Positions 47,381 to 57,784 of a stretch of 64,000 nucleotides of DNA are shown here, one piece after another. A program made the position numbers and the translations under genes. Location: contig CAVPNL010000012.1 of NCBI GenBank assembly GCA_963706575.1, forward strand, positions 64,001 to 128,000, written 5' to 3'. Position 1 is the first letter of the stretch; each line of letters begins with the position of its first letter. The stretch comes from an uncultured delta proteobacterium (GTDB taxonomy: Bacteria > Desulfobacterota > Desulfobacteria > Desulfobacterales > JAHEIW01). Under the pieces are notes generated by a model. The model was given only the letters and a program-made list of their open reading frames with translations. It made no database searches and had not been told where the DNA came from.

Positions 47381-48277
47381 TTATTTGCGGTTAACGATAT
47401 AAATCCCGATACTGACCAGTATCAGGCTGACAATTAACTGCAGCGTCAACGGTTCGTTGAGCAGGCCCACCCCGGCAAGCGTTGCAAACACCGGCGTCAA
47501 AAAGCTGAAACTGGAGAGTCGACTGACCGCATAGCTATGAACCAGAAAAAACCACCCCAGGTAGCTGAAAAACGCGACCACAATCCCCTGGTAGGCGACG
47601 GTGAGCAAAATCAGCCAATCAACATGAGAAACCGGGGTTTCCTGAAAGACAAAACTGAGTAAAAACAGAATGGGGATCGAAAACAGGATCTGGTAAAAAA
47701 GGGTATGATAGGGCGATATCGCGGCCACCAGCCGGCGCTTGATATACACTGTGGTCAAAGCCCAGAGCACGGCAGCGCCGATGGCCAGAAGATCTCCGGT
47801 TAATTGCTGCATTGAAGGCAGGCCCAGATGTTTGCTCAGCAAGATCAAAATTCCGGCAAAGGACAGGACCAGCCCGGCGGCTTTGTTCCAGGACAGGCGG
47901 TCGCCGAATAAAAAGAAATGGGCGCCGAGGGCATGGAAGAAAGGTGAGGTGAACAGCAGAATCCAGGCTGAGGAAGCAGTGGTGTATGAAAGCGCTAAAT
48001 ACAAAAGACCGAATTCGGCTCCGAACAAAAATCCGATAATCAGACCGTCCATAAGCCGACCCGGAAACAATTCGAGCCGCTTGCGGACCATCCAGATCAC
48101 CAGACAAACCGTTGCAATAACCGATCTGAGACCCGCGCCGAAAAGAGGAGCAATACCTTCGTTACTGATTTTAATGGCAACTGCATTCAATCCCCAGATC
48201 AAACACAGCGCCATCAGCAGAGTGGCCGCTTTGGCATCAAGTCTGTCACCCACTACGGAATCGGTATCCATCATCAT
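47381..48277 (-). CDS. DMT/EamA family transporter
   Basis: About 10 TM; IWG.N, FTSP, GDLLA, F.FLTPVF..L.EPL. Confidence 0.92.
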   Translation of the reverse strand: MMMDTDSVVGDRLDAKAATLLMALCLIWGLNAVAIKISNEGIAPLFGAGLRSVIATVCLVIWMVRKRLELFPGRLMDGLIIGFLFGAEFGLLYLALSYTTASSAWILLFTSPFFHALGAHFFLFGDRLSWNKAAGLVLSFAGILILLSKHLGLPSMQQLTGDLLAIGAAVLWALTTVYIKRRLVAAISPYHTLFYQILFSIPILFLLSFVFQETPVSHVDWLILLTVAYQGIVVAFFSYLGWFFLVHSYAVSRLSSFSFLTPVFATLAGVGLLNEPLTLQLIVSLILVSIGIYIVNRK

Positions 48278-48493
48278 ATCTCTCGGTTAAAATGCGGGCC
48301 AGGAACACGCGCATGCTCGCCTTTCATACAATAAATATTGCTATTTGTCACAGTGTAAGCGAATATAAAAATATCTGTTCAAAATTATGATGGATGACGG
48401 ATAATTCGATTTTTTCCGCAAATAGTTCACCCGGGGAAATCTCCAATGGAGCGGTCACCATTCCAAAGCGTCTGTCTTTGATAGGAGGGTAAA

Positions 48494-49255
48494 ATGAGGG
48501 TGAGAGCCGTTTTGGTCGTTCTTTTTATGCCGGTGCTTGCGTTTGCCGGAAGTATTGAAAATACGCAACATCTGGAATTATCCATAAAAGATATCCAGTC
48601 AATACAGATCATATGCGGGCCGGGCTCGCTGGACGTATTCGGGGTCGAGAGAAGTGACCGAATAAAAATCACGGCCACCGTCAAAATCAATGGCATTACC
48701 CAAAACAGGCTCCAGGATTTTTTAGACAAACACGTGCTGTTGTCACTAAAAAAACGTAACCGTAAGGCCGTCTTGCAAAGTGAATTCAAAAATCAGAACC
48801 TGATGAAAGCAGATGCCAAAATCGATTTAACCGTTGAGGTCCCTAAAAGCCTCAGTGTAAAAATAGATGATGGCAGCGGCTCGATATTCGTTACCGATCT
48901 ATCTACAGATTTGAAAATAGTAGACGGCTCCGGATCGATTGAGATTCGAATGACTGCGGGGCCTGTATCCATTTCGGATGGTTCCGGTAAAATTGAACTG
49001 ACGGACATCACCGGTAACCTTGAAGTTAAAGATGGGTCCGGCATGATTAATATTAGTCGTGTCAGGGGCAATGTTCATGTGGTCGACGGCTCCGGCAGCA
49101 TGACCATTAAGGATATCGACGGCAGCTTGACGGTTACGGACGGCTCCGGCAGCATTGAAATAAGCGATGTGACCCAAAACGTTTTTATCAAAGACGCCGG
49201 CAGCGGCATTCTTGAGATTGAAGGGGTTAAGGGAAAGGTAATAAGGAGAGAGTAA
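48494..49255 (+). CDS. Secreted DUF4097-like beta-strand repeat protein
   Basis: Signal peptide; DLTVEVP followed by DGSG repeats every 19 aa. Confidence 0.85.
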   Translation: MRVRAVLVVLFMPVLAFAGSIENTQHLELSIKDIQSIQIICGPGSLDVFGVERSDRIKITATVKINGITQNRLQDFLDKHVLLSLKKRNRKAVLQSEFKNQNLMKADAKIDLTVEVPKSLSVKIDDGSGSIFVTDLSTDLKIVDGSGSIEIRMTAGPVSISDGSGKIELTDITGNLEVKDGSGMINISRVRGNVHVVDGSGSMTIKDIDGSLTVTDGSGSIEISDVTQNVFIKDAGSGILEIEGVKGKVIRRE

Positions 49256-49257
49256 AA

Positions 49258-49415
49258 AAGTGACTAGAGTGAGCTAAAGTGACTAGAGTGCCTAAAGTTA
49301 AGGTGTCACTCGCGCAGCGCAGGCGCTTGTGCCGCGTGTTGCTCCTTCATTAATAAAAATGAAAGAATTCCATAACTTTAGTCACTTTAGATCACTTCCA
49401 ACTTTAGTTCACTTG
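49258..49415. repeat. Inverted tandem-repeat element (AAGTGACTAGAGT / ACTTTAGTCACTT units)
   Basis: Units mirrored across a spacer between convergent genes; related units at 34162-34340 and 44378-44580. Confidence 0.7.
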
Positions 49416-49479
49416 CTTTTTGGGCCCCTTTTTCAATAATAAACAGCAAGATTGAGTGCTGGGAATTAGGTAATTGAAA

Positions 49480-50679
49480 TCAATTATCAGAATTGATGTC
49501 TTCTCGAATAACATAATTCAAATAGTCTAAAAACTCCGGATCTTCACACATCCCCTTGTCTTGGCTGTCGCTGATTTTGGCAACCGGTTTGCGGTTGCAC
49601 TCCACCATCTTAATCACTATCTGGGGCGCAACAAACCCACAGTCATTGGTCAGGTTGGTTCCGATACCGAAGGAAGTTTGAATCTGCTCATGGAAGCGCT
49701 TAAAAATATCAACCGCTGATTCAAGCGTGAGGCCGTCGCTGTAAACGGCCGATTTGGTTTTCGGATCAATTCGCATCTCTTTGTAATGCGCAATGAGTTT
49801 TTCGGTCCACACGACGGGATCACCTGAATCCTGACGGCAGCCGTTAAAGAGCAAGGAGAAAAAACGGTCAAAATCTTTTAAGAACTTATCAAAACCCATG
49901 GTGTCGGAGAGCGCAATTCCCAGCTCTCCCCGATATTCATCCGCCCAGCACTGCAGCGCAACCTTCTGGCTGTCAACCAGCCGGGGCCCCAATTGCTGGT
50001 GGGCCTGAAAAAATTCGTGAGCCATGGTTCCGATCGGTTTTATCCCGAGCTTCATCGCAAAGTGGACATTGCTGCTACCAACCAGATTCCGGTTACAGTT
50101 GTCGATCAGGTAACTGAGGACTTCTTCCTGCCATGAATATGAGGCCCGCCGCCGGGTGCCAAATTCTGCAAATTTGAACCGCGTGTCCGCAATTGTGGCC
50201 TTATTCAGAAAGCGAACTTTGTCTTTCAGCCGTTTGCGGCCATCTTGCATCCAGATATCGTCATCAACACCGTGCGAACTGGAATAAAGTTCGCTGATGA
50301 TCGCCAGAACGGGAAGTTCATATAAAATTGTATTTAACCAGGGCCCCTCAATATCAATTTTCAACTGGCCCGCTTCGATACCGATATTAATATAATTTCG
50401 ATTCAGCTGAAACAATCTCAGATATTCGATAAAATCCGGTTTAAAAAAGCGGATGGAGGCCAGATAGTTTATCTCCGCTTCAGTAAACCGGAGCTCACAG
50501 AGCCGGTCGATTTCTGTATCAACTTTGCTTTTGAAATCCTGCAGAGAGACTGTTAAACACATTTCATCCCAATTTCGCCACTTAAAGGTATAGCGCACCC
50601 AGGCGCTGGCATACTGGTGAAGAACCACCTGCATCATGGTCAGCTTATAAAAATCGGTATCGAGCAAGCTGTGTATCAT
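49480..50679 (-). CDS. pncB: Nicotinate phosphoribosyltransferase
   Basis: SLLDTDFYKLTM, EFGTRRR, GSSNV, GTMAHE, RQDSGDP, YSDGL, FGIGTNLTND, VAKISD. Confidence 0.97.
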   Translation of the reverse strand: MIHSLLDTDFYKLTMMQVVLHQYASAWVRYTFKWRNWDEMCLTVSLQDFKSKVDTEIDRLCELRFTEAEINYLASIRFFKPDFIEYLRLFQLNRNYINIGIEAGQLKIDIEGPWLNTILYELPVLAIISELYSSSHGVDDDIWMQDGRKRLKDKVRFLNKATIADTRFKFAEFGTRRRASYSWQEEVLSYLIDNCNRNLVGSSNVHFAMKLGIKPIGTMAHEFFQAHQQLGPRLVDSQKVALQCWADEYRGELGIALSDTMGFDKFLKDFDRFFSLLFNGCRQDSGDPVVWTEKLIAHYKEMRIDPKTKSAVYSDGLTLESAVDIFKRFHEQIQTSFGIGTNLTNDCGFVAPQIVIKMVECNRKPVAKISDSQDKGMCEDPEFLDYLNYVIREDINSDN

Positions 50680-50740
50680 GCCGTATCCCTTTCGCGGAAG
50701 ATTGGAAAAAAAGCTGGGAGTAGCCGCGTTCTGCCCTAAT

Positions 50741-50797
50741 TAGAATCCATCTCAAAAATAGGATTTTGGACCAAAAAAAATTTTGAGACGGATACTA
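50741..50797. mobile_element. Internally deleted (57-bp) derivative of the MITE
   Basis: TAGAATCCATCTCAAAAATAGGATTTTGG is the reverse complement of the MITE right end; closes with TTTTGAGACGGATACTA. Confidence 0.65.
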
Positions 50798-51058
50798 CAG
50801 TGTACAACCTAGCATGCAACGTTTAAAGCGCTTTCATATAAGATCTAATTAAATTAATCAAATTAATAAATACGATACCGAATGCAGGGAAGAAATGGTT
50901 ATCGGACAACCGCCACGACCTGCTTATCGTTCAGTAGGATTTACAAAAAAAAACGATATCGCTTGCTTAACATCTCTCATTCGCTAATTATAATATAGGA
51001 ATGATTTAAAAATAATCTGCACATATGATTCAAATTTTAAATTTAATCGGAGGGCGAC

Positions 51059-51361
51059 ATGGCAGTGAAAATTTTTATTAAACGATATGTTAAACAAGGC
51101 AAGACTCAAGAGGCCGTAGAATTACTGAAAGACGTCCGCAGCCACGCGCTCAAACAGCCGGGATATATTTCCGGCGAGACCCTGATCAATCATTATGATC
51201 CCTGCAACATAACGGTGGTCTCAACCTGGCAAACGATAGACGACTGGATCCGCTGGGAGGAAAGCGATGAGCGCTCCGCCAAAGAGAATCAACTGGAAGG
51301 TTTGCAGGAAGGGCCGGCGGATTTTGAGATATACGATTTGGGGTTGGTTTCCAGCAGCTAG
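51059..51361 (+). CDS. Antibiotic biosynthesis monooxygenase (ABM) family protein
   Basis: QPGYISGETL, VVSTW, W..S.ER; paralogue of 57494-57784. Confidence 0.85.
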   Translation: MAVKIFIKRYVKQGKTQEAVELLKDVRSHALKQPGYISGETLINHYDPCNITVVSTWQTIDDWIRWEESDERSAKENQLEGLQEGPADFEIYDLGLVSSS

Positions 51362-51514
51362 CAAAAATTCTGTGACTTTATTTCAAGTTAATATAATACT
51401 CACGCAAAGCCGCTAAGATCGCAAAGAATAATGATTAAAATAACTAAAAGTCCTTGGCGTCTTTGCGACTTTGCGTGAGACTTTCTCACCTCTTTCATTT
51501 TAGGCACTTTGCAA

Positions 51515-52213
51515 ATGGGTTATATTTTATTAGCGGGCGGCGCTGAATTTAGCGGTCGGATGGCAAAACCGGACCGCAGGGCCATTGAACTCGCCGGCGG
51601 GTTCGGTGCCAGCATCAGCATTATTCCGGCGGCGGCGGCACCGGATAACAATCATCAACGCGCCGCCCACAACGGGATTCGCTGGTTTAAAAAACTAGGT
51701 GCCGTCAATGTCGCTGCCCTGCCGCTCATCGATCGCAAATCCGCAGATGACCTTGCCGTGGTCGAAGCTCTGCAGCAGTCCAACATGATCTATCTGCTGG
51801 GTGGATTTCCGCGACATCTGGCGCAATCCCTGGTCGGCAGCGATAGCTGGCAGGCCATCCTGGCCGCCCATCAAGCCGGCGCGGTCATCGCCGGCAGCAG
51901 CGCCGGCGCCATGATTCTCTGTGATCATTATTACGATCCCTACGAGAAAAATATTTTAGACGGACTGGGGCTGATACCCGCCGCCTGTATTTTGCCGCAT
52001 CACGACACCTTCGGCAAAAGCTGGGCTAAGGAGCTGAAGCAATGCCTGCCCGGTGTGATTTTAATCGGTATCGATGAGCAAACCGGCATGCTCAATGACG
52101 GCCCGACCCACCTGTGGCAGGTGTATGGTGGGGGTACCCGCGGGGTAACCCTTTATAAAAACGAACGCCAGATGCATGTTGCACCCGGCACGCACTTTAA
52201 CCTGAAATTTTAG
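51515..52213 (+). CDS. Peptidase S51/cyanophycinase-like protein
   Basis: LAGGAE, IIPAA, YLLGG, AGSSAGAM, PHHD, GIDEQT. Confidence 0.85.
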   Translation: MGYILLAGGAEFSGRMAKPDRRAIELAGGFGASISIIPAAAAPDNNHQRAAHNGIRWFKKLGAVNVAALPLIDRKSADDLAVVEALQQSNMIYLLGGFPRHLAQSLVGSDSWQAILAAHQAGAVIAGSSAGAMILCDHYYDPYEKNILDGLGLIPAACILPHHDTFGKSWAKELKQCLPGVILIGIDEQTGMLNDGPTHLWQVYGGGTRGVTLYKNERQMHVAPGTHFNLKF

Positions 52214-52456
52214 GCGATCCTGAAGAGCGGTGCAGATCTTGGGCAACGATCCGCGTAACCCCGCTCCGACCAATTTAATCGATTTGAGCCGGATTCCCGC
52301 CGTAAACACCTCTCACTTGAAAGCAATGGCGATCTTTGATATCGGTTACCATCACAATTTTTCCATTTTCCGGTCTATTCTTTAAATTTTTGATATTTCC
52401 GGATACTGAATCAGGGCCCAATGGATTTTTGTCGTTTGACTCAAAATTAAGGAGGA

Positions 52457-52786
52457 ATGCCGATGCGGATCGAACTCAGCAAAACCTTGGTGGAATTCAC
52501 GCCCGAGGCCGATTACGAAAAGACCATGTTAGAAGGGTTATGGCGCATGCTGGTAGACTGTGCGCGCTTCAATCAGAAGCTGGTACCCGTGGGTGAATAT
52601 GTCCCCGCAAAAAACAACACGGCCAGCTTTGCCGTCGAAGGCGACAAAGACGAAGAGGAATATCCAGCGGTCTATGTGGACAAGGACTGCACTTGCTATT
52701 GCCAGACCTGCAACAAGTTCGTCAACCTCAAGGCTGGCGACCGCATCCCACCGTGCTGCGGTAAATTGATGGAACTGCTGGACTGA
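52457..52786 (+). CDS. Hypothetical protein with C-terminal CxxC..CC metal-binding ribbon
   Basis: AAGGAGG RBS; YCQTC..PPCCGKLM tail (desulforedoxin-like spacing). Confidence 0.75.
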   Translation: MPMRIELSKTLVEFTPEADYEKTMLEGLWRMLVDCARFNQKLVPVGEYVPAKNNTASFAVEGDKDEEEYPAVYVDKDCTCYCQTCNKFVNLKAGDRIPPCCGKLMELLD

Positions 52787-52848
52787 CGGGATACCTGCAG
52801 GATACGCTTTTACTTGAGATGGTATCGGTTGGAAAAACTGGCATTACT

Positions 52849-53559
52849 TTATTGAAGTTTACCGGTTCCCATCCCCACCGCCAGGCGGGTAATGGCAATT
52901 TTTCCTTCATCAAAACAGACGGCAACGTCTTTGCCCGAGTCCCGGGGGCGTTCGTGAATCGTTCCCTGATAGATGAGTTCGTCCCCATTTTGATGATACA
53001 CATAGCTGTGCGGAAGGGTATCCAGTTCGCAAAATTCATAGGCAAGTTCGGAATCTTTGCGGATCGGGTGGGGCAGATTGACATTCCAAAAATATCCCGG
53101 CGCCAGATCCCGACTCAGCAGCATGTGTAAAAGCGGGCCGGCATGATCACCGCTGACCGACCAGTCCACCTTCTGGTCTTTGGCGATATACTGAGAAACG
53201 GCAATTGCCCGATATCCTAAAATCGCTGCCTCCCGTGCTGCTGCTACCGTACCGGAATTATAGACATCGGAACCCAGGTTGGCTCCCGCGTTGATTCCCG
53301 AAATCAACCAGTCGGCATCCGGCGCAATGACTTTCAAAGCAATGCGTGTGCAATCGGCAGGCGTGCCATCGATGCTGTACCGATTCGTCCCGAGCTGGTT
53401 TATGCGGATGGGGTCACGGGTGGTTACGCGATGCGCAATGCCGGATTGCGCGTGTTGCGGCGCAACGACGGCAAAATCACCCAGACGCCGCACACACCGA
53501 GCCAGTGCTTCAAGACCGGGGGCATCAATACCATCGTCATTGGTTATCACAATTTTCAA
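52849..53559 (-). CDS. surE: 5'/3'-nucleotidase SurE
   Basis: ITNDDGIDAPG, AP...QSG, GTPADC, SGINAGANLG, SGTVAAARE, NVNLP. Confidence 0.95.
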   Translation of the reverse strand: MKIVITNDDGIDAPGLEALARCVRRLGDFAVVAPQHAQSGIAHRVTTRDPIRINQLGTNRYSIDGTPADCTRIALKVIAPDADWLISGINAGANLGSDVYNSGTVAAAREAAILGYRAIAVSQYIAKDQKVDWSVSGDHAGPLLHMLLSRDLAPGYFWNVNLPHPIRKDSELAYEFCELDTLPHSYVYHQNGDELIYQGTIHERPRDSGKDVAVCFDEGKIAITRLAVGMGTGKLQ

Positions 53560-53874
53560 AATGTCTTTTCAGGTCTCCTTGTCGGTTGACAAACATTCCG
53601 GCCGATTTGAAAACGAAGGCTCAGTCTTACCCACAAGCGTACACGGATGTGATCCGGTCAATATGGTTGTGTTCAAAAAAAGCAATGCAGCCGATTCACC
53701 ATGTGCATGTTGCCGATTACCAAAAAATCCGTTTTTCAATATGATATCATTGAGTTAAAATACCAGGATTGACTTTTGAGCAAATTAAATGATAATCTAT
53801 TGAAAAAGAGAAAATAGTGTTGTTTTGCCGTAAAGATCTCCCGATATTCAATATAATCCCGGAGTTGACCGCAT

Positions 53875-54213
53875 ATGGCCAGAATAACAGATCTGGATGT
53901 ACAGGAAATCCGTCAGTTTTTTGAAGACGGCTTGAACCAGGCGCAGGGCGCAGACAAGCGCCTGAAGATGCGAATGCGCCGAAAAATACGCGACGAGGTT
54001 TTCAACCTTTTAACCTGGGAAAAACCAACCCCCACCGCGATTATGAACCGCTGGGAAGAACGCCTTAGCGACGCGTTCAATGTGATGCCTTACGGTTTCA
54101 AAGAAGAACTATTCAAGATGCTGGTAGACAAGATGCAGCATCCGTTAAAGATGCGCAAATCCGACCAACAAGATAGTTTAAAAACCAACCGTCCTTTCAA
54201 TCCTTTCAAATAG
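53875..54213 (+). CDS. Hypothetical helical protein
   Basis: GGAG RBS; 112 aa; no recognised motif. Confidence 0.65.
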   Translation: MARITDLDVQEIRQFFEDGLNQAQGADKRLKMRMRRKIRDEVFNLLTWEKPTPTAIMNRWEERLSDAFNVMPYGFKEELFKMLVDKMQHPLKMRKSDQQDSLKTNRPFNPFK

Positions 54214-55591
54214 AACCCATCTTAAATTTGCTCAACTGTTCCAGCAGCATGCCATAGGCCAGTTGGGCGCGCGAAAAACTTTTCAGCCGGAAAAACTCAT
54301 CCGGCCCATGGATATTTTCATCTTTCAAGCCAAAAGCAAAATTAACCGTATAGGCACCCAGCTCTTTTAAAAAGATACCGCAGACCGGAATACTGCCCCC
54401 CATGCGCGCATAATACGGCGCCTTACCGAAAAGTTCTTTGTGAACCTCCACTGCCGCCTGATTGCCCGGATGATCAAAAGGTATCAGGAATGGATCCGCC
54501 GTGCTGGGGTTGGGGGCAACCTCCACTTTCACGCCTGGCGGTGTATGTTTTTCGATATGCGTGCTGAGCAGTTTCAGGATCTGGGCGGGATTCTGGTCGG
54601 GCACCAGCCGGCAGCTGATTTTGGCGTGGGCGCTGCTCGGCAAAACGGTTTTAACACCTTCACCCTGAAACCCGCCCCAGATGCCGTTTACTTCCAGAGT
54701 GGGCCTGATCCAGGCCCGCTCATAGGTCGAATAGCCGGGCTCACCGAAAAGTTCCTCGACCCCCAGCTCGGCCTTGTAATCGGATTCGTCAAAGGGAATT
54801 TCGGCGATCTGATCCTGGTCGCTTTCGCTGAGCGGCCGCACGGCATCATAGAAACCATCCACCGCGATCCGGCCCTGCGGCGTGTGCATCGTATCAATGA
54901 GGCGCACCAGGGCATGAATCGGATTCATGATGGTTCCGCCGAAAGTTCCGGAATGGGTATCGCTTCTGGCAGACTGGACATCAAGCTGAAGGTTGCAAAG
55001 GCCCCTGAGTCCCATCATCAGCGCCGGCTGGTCTTCATCCCATTGGCCGCCGTCTGCGCTGAAAATGAAATCACAGGCCAGCAGCTGCCGATTGGCGGAA
55101 ATAAATTCGGGCAGCTGAGGGCTGCCGATCTCCTCCTGTCCTTCGAAAAAGCATTTTAGATTGACGGGCAGCCGGCCTTCGCTGCTCAGCATCGCCTCAA
55201 CGGTTAAAATCGGTGCCAGCATGTTGCCCTTATCGTCGGAGGACCCCCGGGCATAGACGCAATCGCCTTTTACCGTCGGTTCAAACGGCGGCTGGGTCCA
55301 GAGCTCAAGCGGATCGACCGGCTGGGTATCAAAATGCCCATAAATCAAAACAGTCGGCTTGTCGGGTGCATGCATCCAGTCCCCATAAACGACCGGATGC
55401 CCTCCGGTCGGCAGTACCTGAATATTTTCAATGCCGGCCGCCTGCAGTCGGGCGGCGACCCATTCAGCGGCTTTGGCAACATCTGCTTTGTGCTCTTTGA
55501 GGCTGGAAACACTGGGAATGCTCAAAAATTCGATCAGCTCCTTAAGGTATCGATCCTGGTTCGCTGCCAGATAATGCTTCCACGCAGTCAT
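54206..55591 (-). CDS. M20 family dipeptidase
   Basis: YGHFDTQP, ARGSSDDKG, EGQEEIGS, HSG..GG, GGSIP, HGPDE. Confidence 0.93.
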   Translation of the reverse strand: MTAWKHYLAANQDRYLKELIEFLSIPSVSSLKEHKADVAKAAEWVAARLQAAGIENIQVLPTGGHPVVYGDWMHAPDKPTVLIYGHFDTQPVDPLELWTQPPFEPTVKGDCVYARGSSDDKGNMLAPILTVEAMLSSEGRLPVNLKCFFEGQEEIGSPQLPEFISANRQLLACDFIFSADGGQWDEDQPALMMGLRGLCNLQLDVQSARSDTHSGTFGGTIMNPIHALVRLIDTMHTPQGRIAVDGFYDAVRPLSESDQDQIAEIPFDESDYKAELGVEELFGEPGYSTYERAWIRPTLEVNGIWGGFQGEGVKTVLPSSAHAKISCRLVPDQNPAQILKLLSTHIEKHTPPGVKVEVAPNPSTADPFLIPFDHPGNQAAVEVHKELFGKAPYYARMGGSIPVCGIFLKELGAYTVNFAFGLKDENIHGPDEFFRLKSFSRAQLAYGMLLEQLSKFKMGSI

Positions 55592-55649
55592 GAATAAAAT
55601 CTCCTTCCTTCGATCATATCATTGTTATACGGGGGTTTTGAAACCAACT

Positions 55650-56123
55650 CTATTCCTTGCCAAGATAAAAGCCCTCATATTCCCCGGTGGTCAGGGGGGG
55701 CCCTTCGGCTAAAACGCCGGCATCGATCACTTCTCCGATAAAAAGGGTATGATTGCCGGGCTGGTAACGCATTTTAAGCTCGCATTCCAGATATGCCATG
55801 CAGTCGCTCAGTATGGGACAACCGGTTTTCCCTGCTGTCCAATTTAAAGTTGAAAATTTGGCTTGCGGGTCCTTTCCTTTGAAGCGGGACAGAAAATTCT
55901 GCTGGGATTTGGCCAGCACGTGCAGCGCGAAGCGGCCGCCTTTTTCAATGAGTTGATGCGAATAACGGTGGGTGTGAACAGCCACCATGATCTGAGGGGG
56001 TAAATAAGATACCTGTGAAACCCAGGACGCAATCATGCCGTTGATTTCCTGCTGATGACAGGATGTCAGAACATAGATGCCGTAAGTCATTTTGCCAAAA
56101 GCGTTTATCCATTCAGCTTGCAT
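55650..56123 (-). CDS. Flavin reductase family protein
   Basis: YGIYVLT, NGMIASWVSQVS, TGCPIL, GNHTLFIGEV. Confidence 0.9.
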   Translation of the reverse strand: MQAEWINAFGKMTYGIYVLTSCHQQEINGMIASWVSQVSYLPPQIMVAVHTHRYSHQLIEKGGRFALHVLAKSQQNFLSRFKGKDPQAKFSTLNWTAGKTGCPILSDCMAYLECELKMRYQPGNHTLFIGEVIDAGVLAEGPPLTTGEYEGFYLGKE

Positions 56124-56448
56124 CGCCAGAAGGTCCTTTCTGATGGTTTAAGGCCATGTTTATGTATACGTTTTAGCGGTTTGAAAATCAACCTTCTGCT
56201 GCGGACACGGTTAACCATCATGCAGTAGTTGACTTTCCTTCTGATTTTCCTTAACGTTATTTGGCTTTTTATTTTTCACCACAGAGTTCAAAGAGATCAC
56301 AGAGAAAAAATAAAAGATTAATATAATATAAAGATATCCACCATAAAAAATCTCTGTGAGCTCTGCGTTCTCTGTGGTAAAATAAATTCTACATCTGGGC
56401 TGCTGAATATGTTGCCGATAATGAGATGCCACTGACGAGGTTATCATT

Positions 56449-57435
56449 ATGCCAACAAACCTGCCTCCCGAATATTTCGACTCCGAAAAGCGTTACCGCA
56501 CAGCCAGTACCTCCGCGGAAAAGCTCGCCTGTATTGAAGAAATGCTTGCCATCATTCCCAAACACAAAGGAACCGACAAGCTGAGAGCCGATTTGCGCAA
56601 GCGGGTTTCTAAATTGAAATCAGCCGCGCAGGCCAAAAAAAGCCTTGCCAGACATGAATCGGCCTATCACATCAATAAAGAGGGCGCCGGTCAGGTGGTG
56701 ATCGTCGGTGCAACCAACGTCGGCAAGTCCGCTCTGGTCTCCAGGCTGACCCACGCCGCACCGGAAGTGGCCGATTTTCCCCATACCACCTGGAAACCGA
56801 CTCCGGGAATGATTCCGATGGAAAATATTCAGATCCAGCTGATTGATACGCCGCCGCTGAGCAAAGAATATGTAGACCCGGAAATGATGGATCTGATCCG
56901 ACGTTGTGATCTTGTACTTTTGATGGTAGATCTACAGACCGACCCGCTGCAGCAGCTCGAAGATGCGGTTGCCTTACTCGGGAAACATGGCATCGTTCCG
57001 CTGCGCTTAAGGGATCGATACAAGGACCAGCGCGGCATCAGCCTGGTCCCGTTTTTGATCATGGTGAATAAAAACGACAGCCCTGCAACCGATGAAAATT
57101 TGGATATCTTTCGTGAGCTGCTGAGCGATAACTGGCCGATGATAGCGGCTTCGGTCACTACCGGCCGCCATCTGGATCTTCTCAAAGCGACCATCGTGGA
57201 ACGGTTGAATATCATCCGGGTATATTCGAAATCACACGGGAAAAAGCCCGACCGCTCCTCGCCATTTGTGCTAAAGAAAGGCAGCACCATCGCTGATTTT
57301 GCCGGCAAAGTTCACCAGGATTTCGCTCAAAAATTAAAAGCCGCAAAAGTATGGGGCTCTGCCGTATTCGACGGCCAGATGGTTCAGCGGGATTATGTCT
57401 TGCAGGAGGGCGATGTTATCGAATTGCAGATTTAA
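56449..57435 (+). CDS. OBG-family GTPase with TGS domain (DRG-like)
   Basis: MPTNLPPEY, PKHKGTDKL, GATNVGKS, FP.TT..P.PGM, IQLIDTP, NK.D, IRVYSK, VH.DF, VWG TGS. Confidence 0.88.
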   Translation: MPTNLPPEYFDSEKRYRTASTSAEKLACIEEMLAIIPKHKGTDKLRADLRKRVSKLKSAAQAKKSLARHESAYHINKEGAGQVVIVGATNVGKSALVSRLTHAAPEVADFPHTTWKPTPGMIPMENIQIQLIDTPPLSKEYVDPEMMDLIRRCDLVLLMVDLQTDPLQQLEDAVALLGKHGIVPLRLRDRYKDQRGISLVPFLIMVNKNDSPATDENLDIFRELLSDNWPMIAASVTTGRHLDLLKATIVERLNIIRVYSKSHGKKPDRSSPFVLKKGSTIADFAGKVHQDFAQKLKAAKVWGSAVFDGQMVQRDYVLQEGDVIELQI

Positions 57436-57493
57436 ATAAAAACACGAGCCGGAAAATTTTTCCACTCATACAATCAACGAAAAGGAGCCAGAC

Positions 57494-57784
57494 ATGACGG
57501 TGAAAATTATCATCAAACGGAAGGTACCCAAAGACAAGGAAAAAGAATTGCTGCCGCTCATCAAACAAATAAGGATCGCTACAACCCAGCAGGCGGGCTA
57601 CATTTCAGGTGAAACATTGCAGCGCATCGACAAACCCGGTGAAACGGTAGTGGTCAGCACCTGGGAAAGTGCTGAAGATTGGAATCGATGGATCACCAGC
57701 CCGGAGCGTTCTGTCCTGCAGATCAAAATTGATAACCTGCTGGGCCAGGAAACGGAATATGAAATATACAGCCATTCCAATTAA
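57494..57784 (+). CDS. Antibiotic biosynthesis monooxygenase (ABM) family protein
   Basis: QAGYISGETL, VVSTW, W..SPER. Confidence 0.85.
   Translation: MTVKIIIKRKVPKDKEKELLPLIKQIRIATTQQAGYISGETLQRIDKPGETVVVSTWESAEDWNRWITSPERSVLQIKIDNLLGQETEYEIYSHSN

Noticed and set aside
48870..49210. GATGGCAGCGG/GACGGCTCCGG nucleotide repeats
   Set aside because: Explained by the DGSG protein repeat of the DUF4097-like gene
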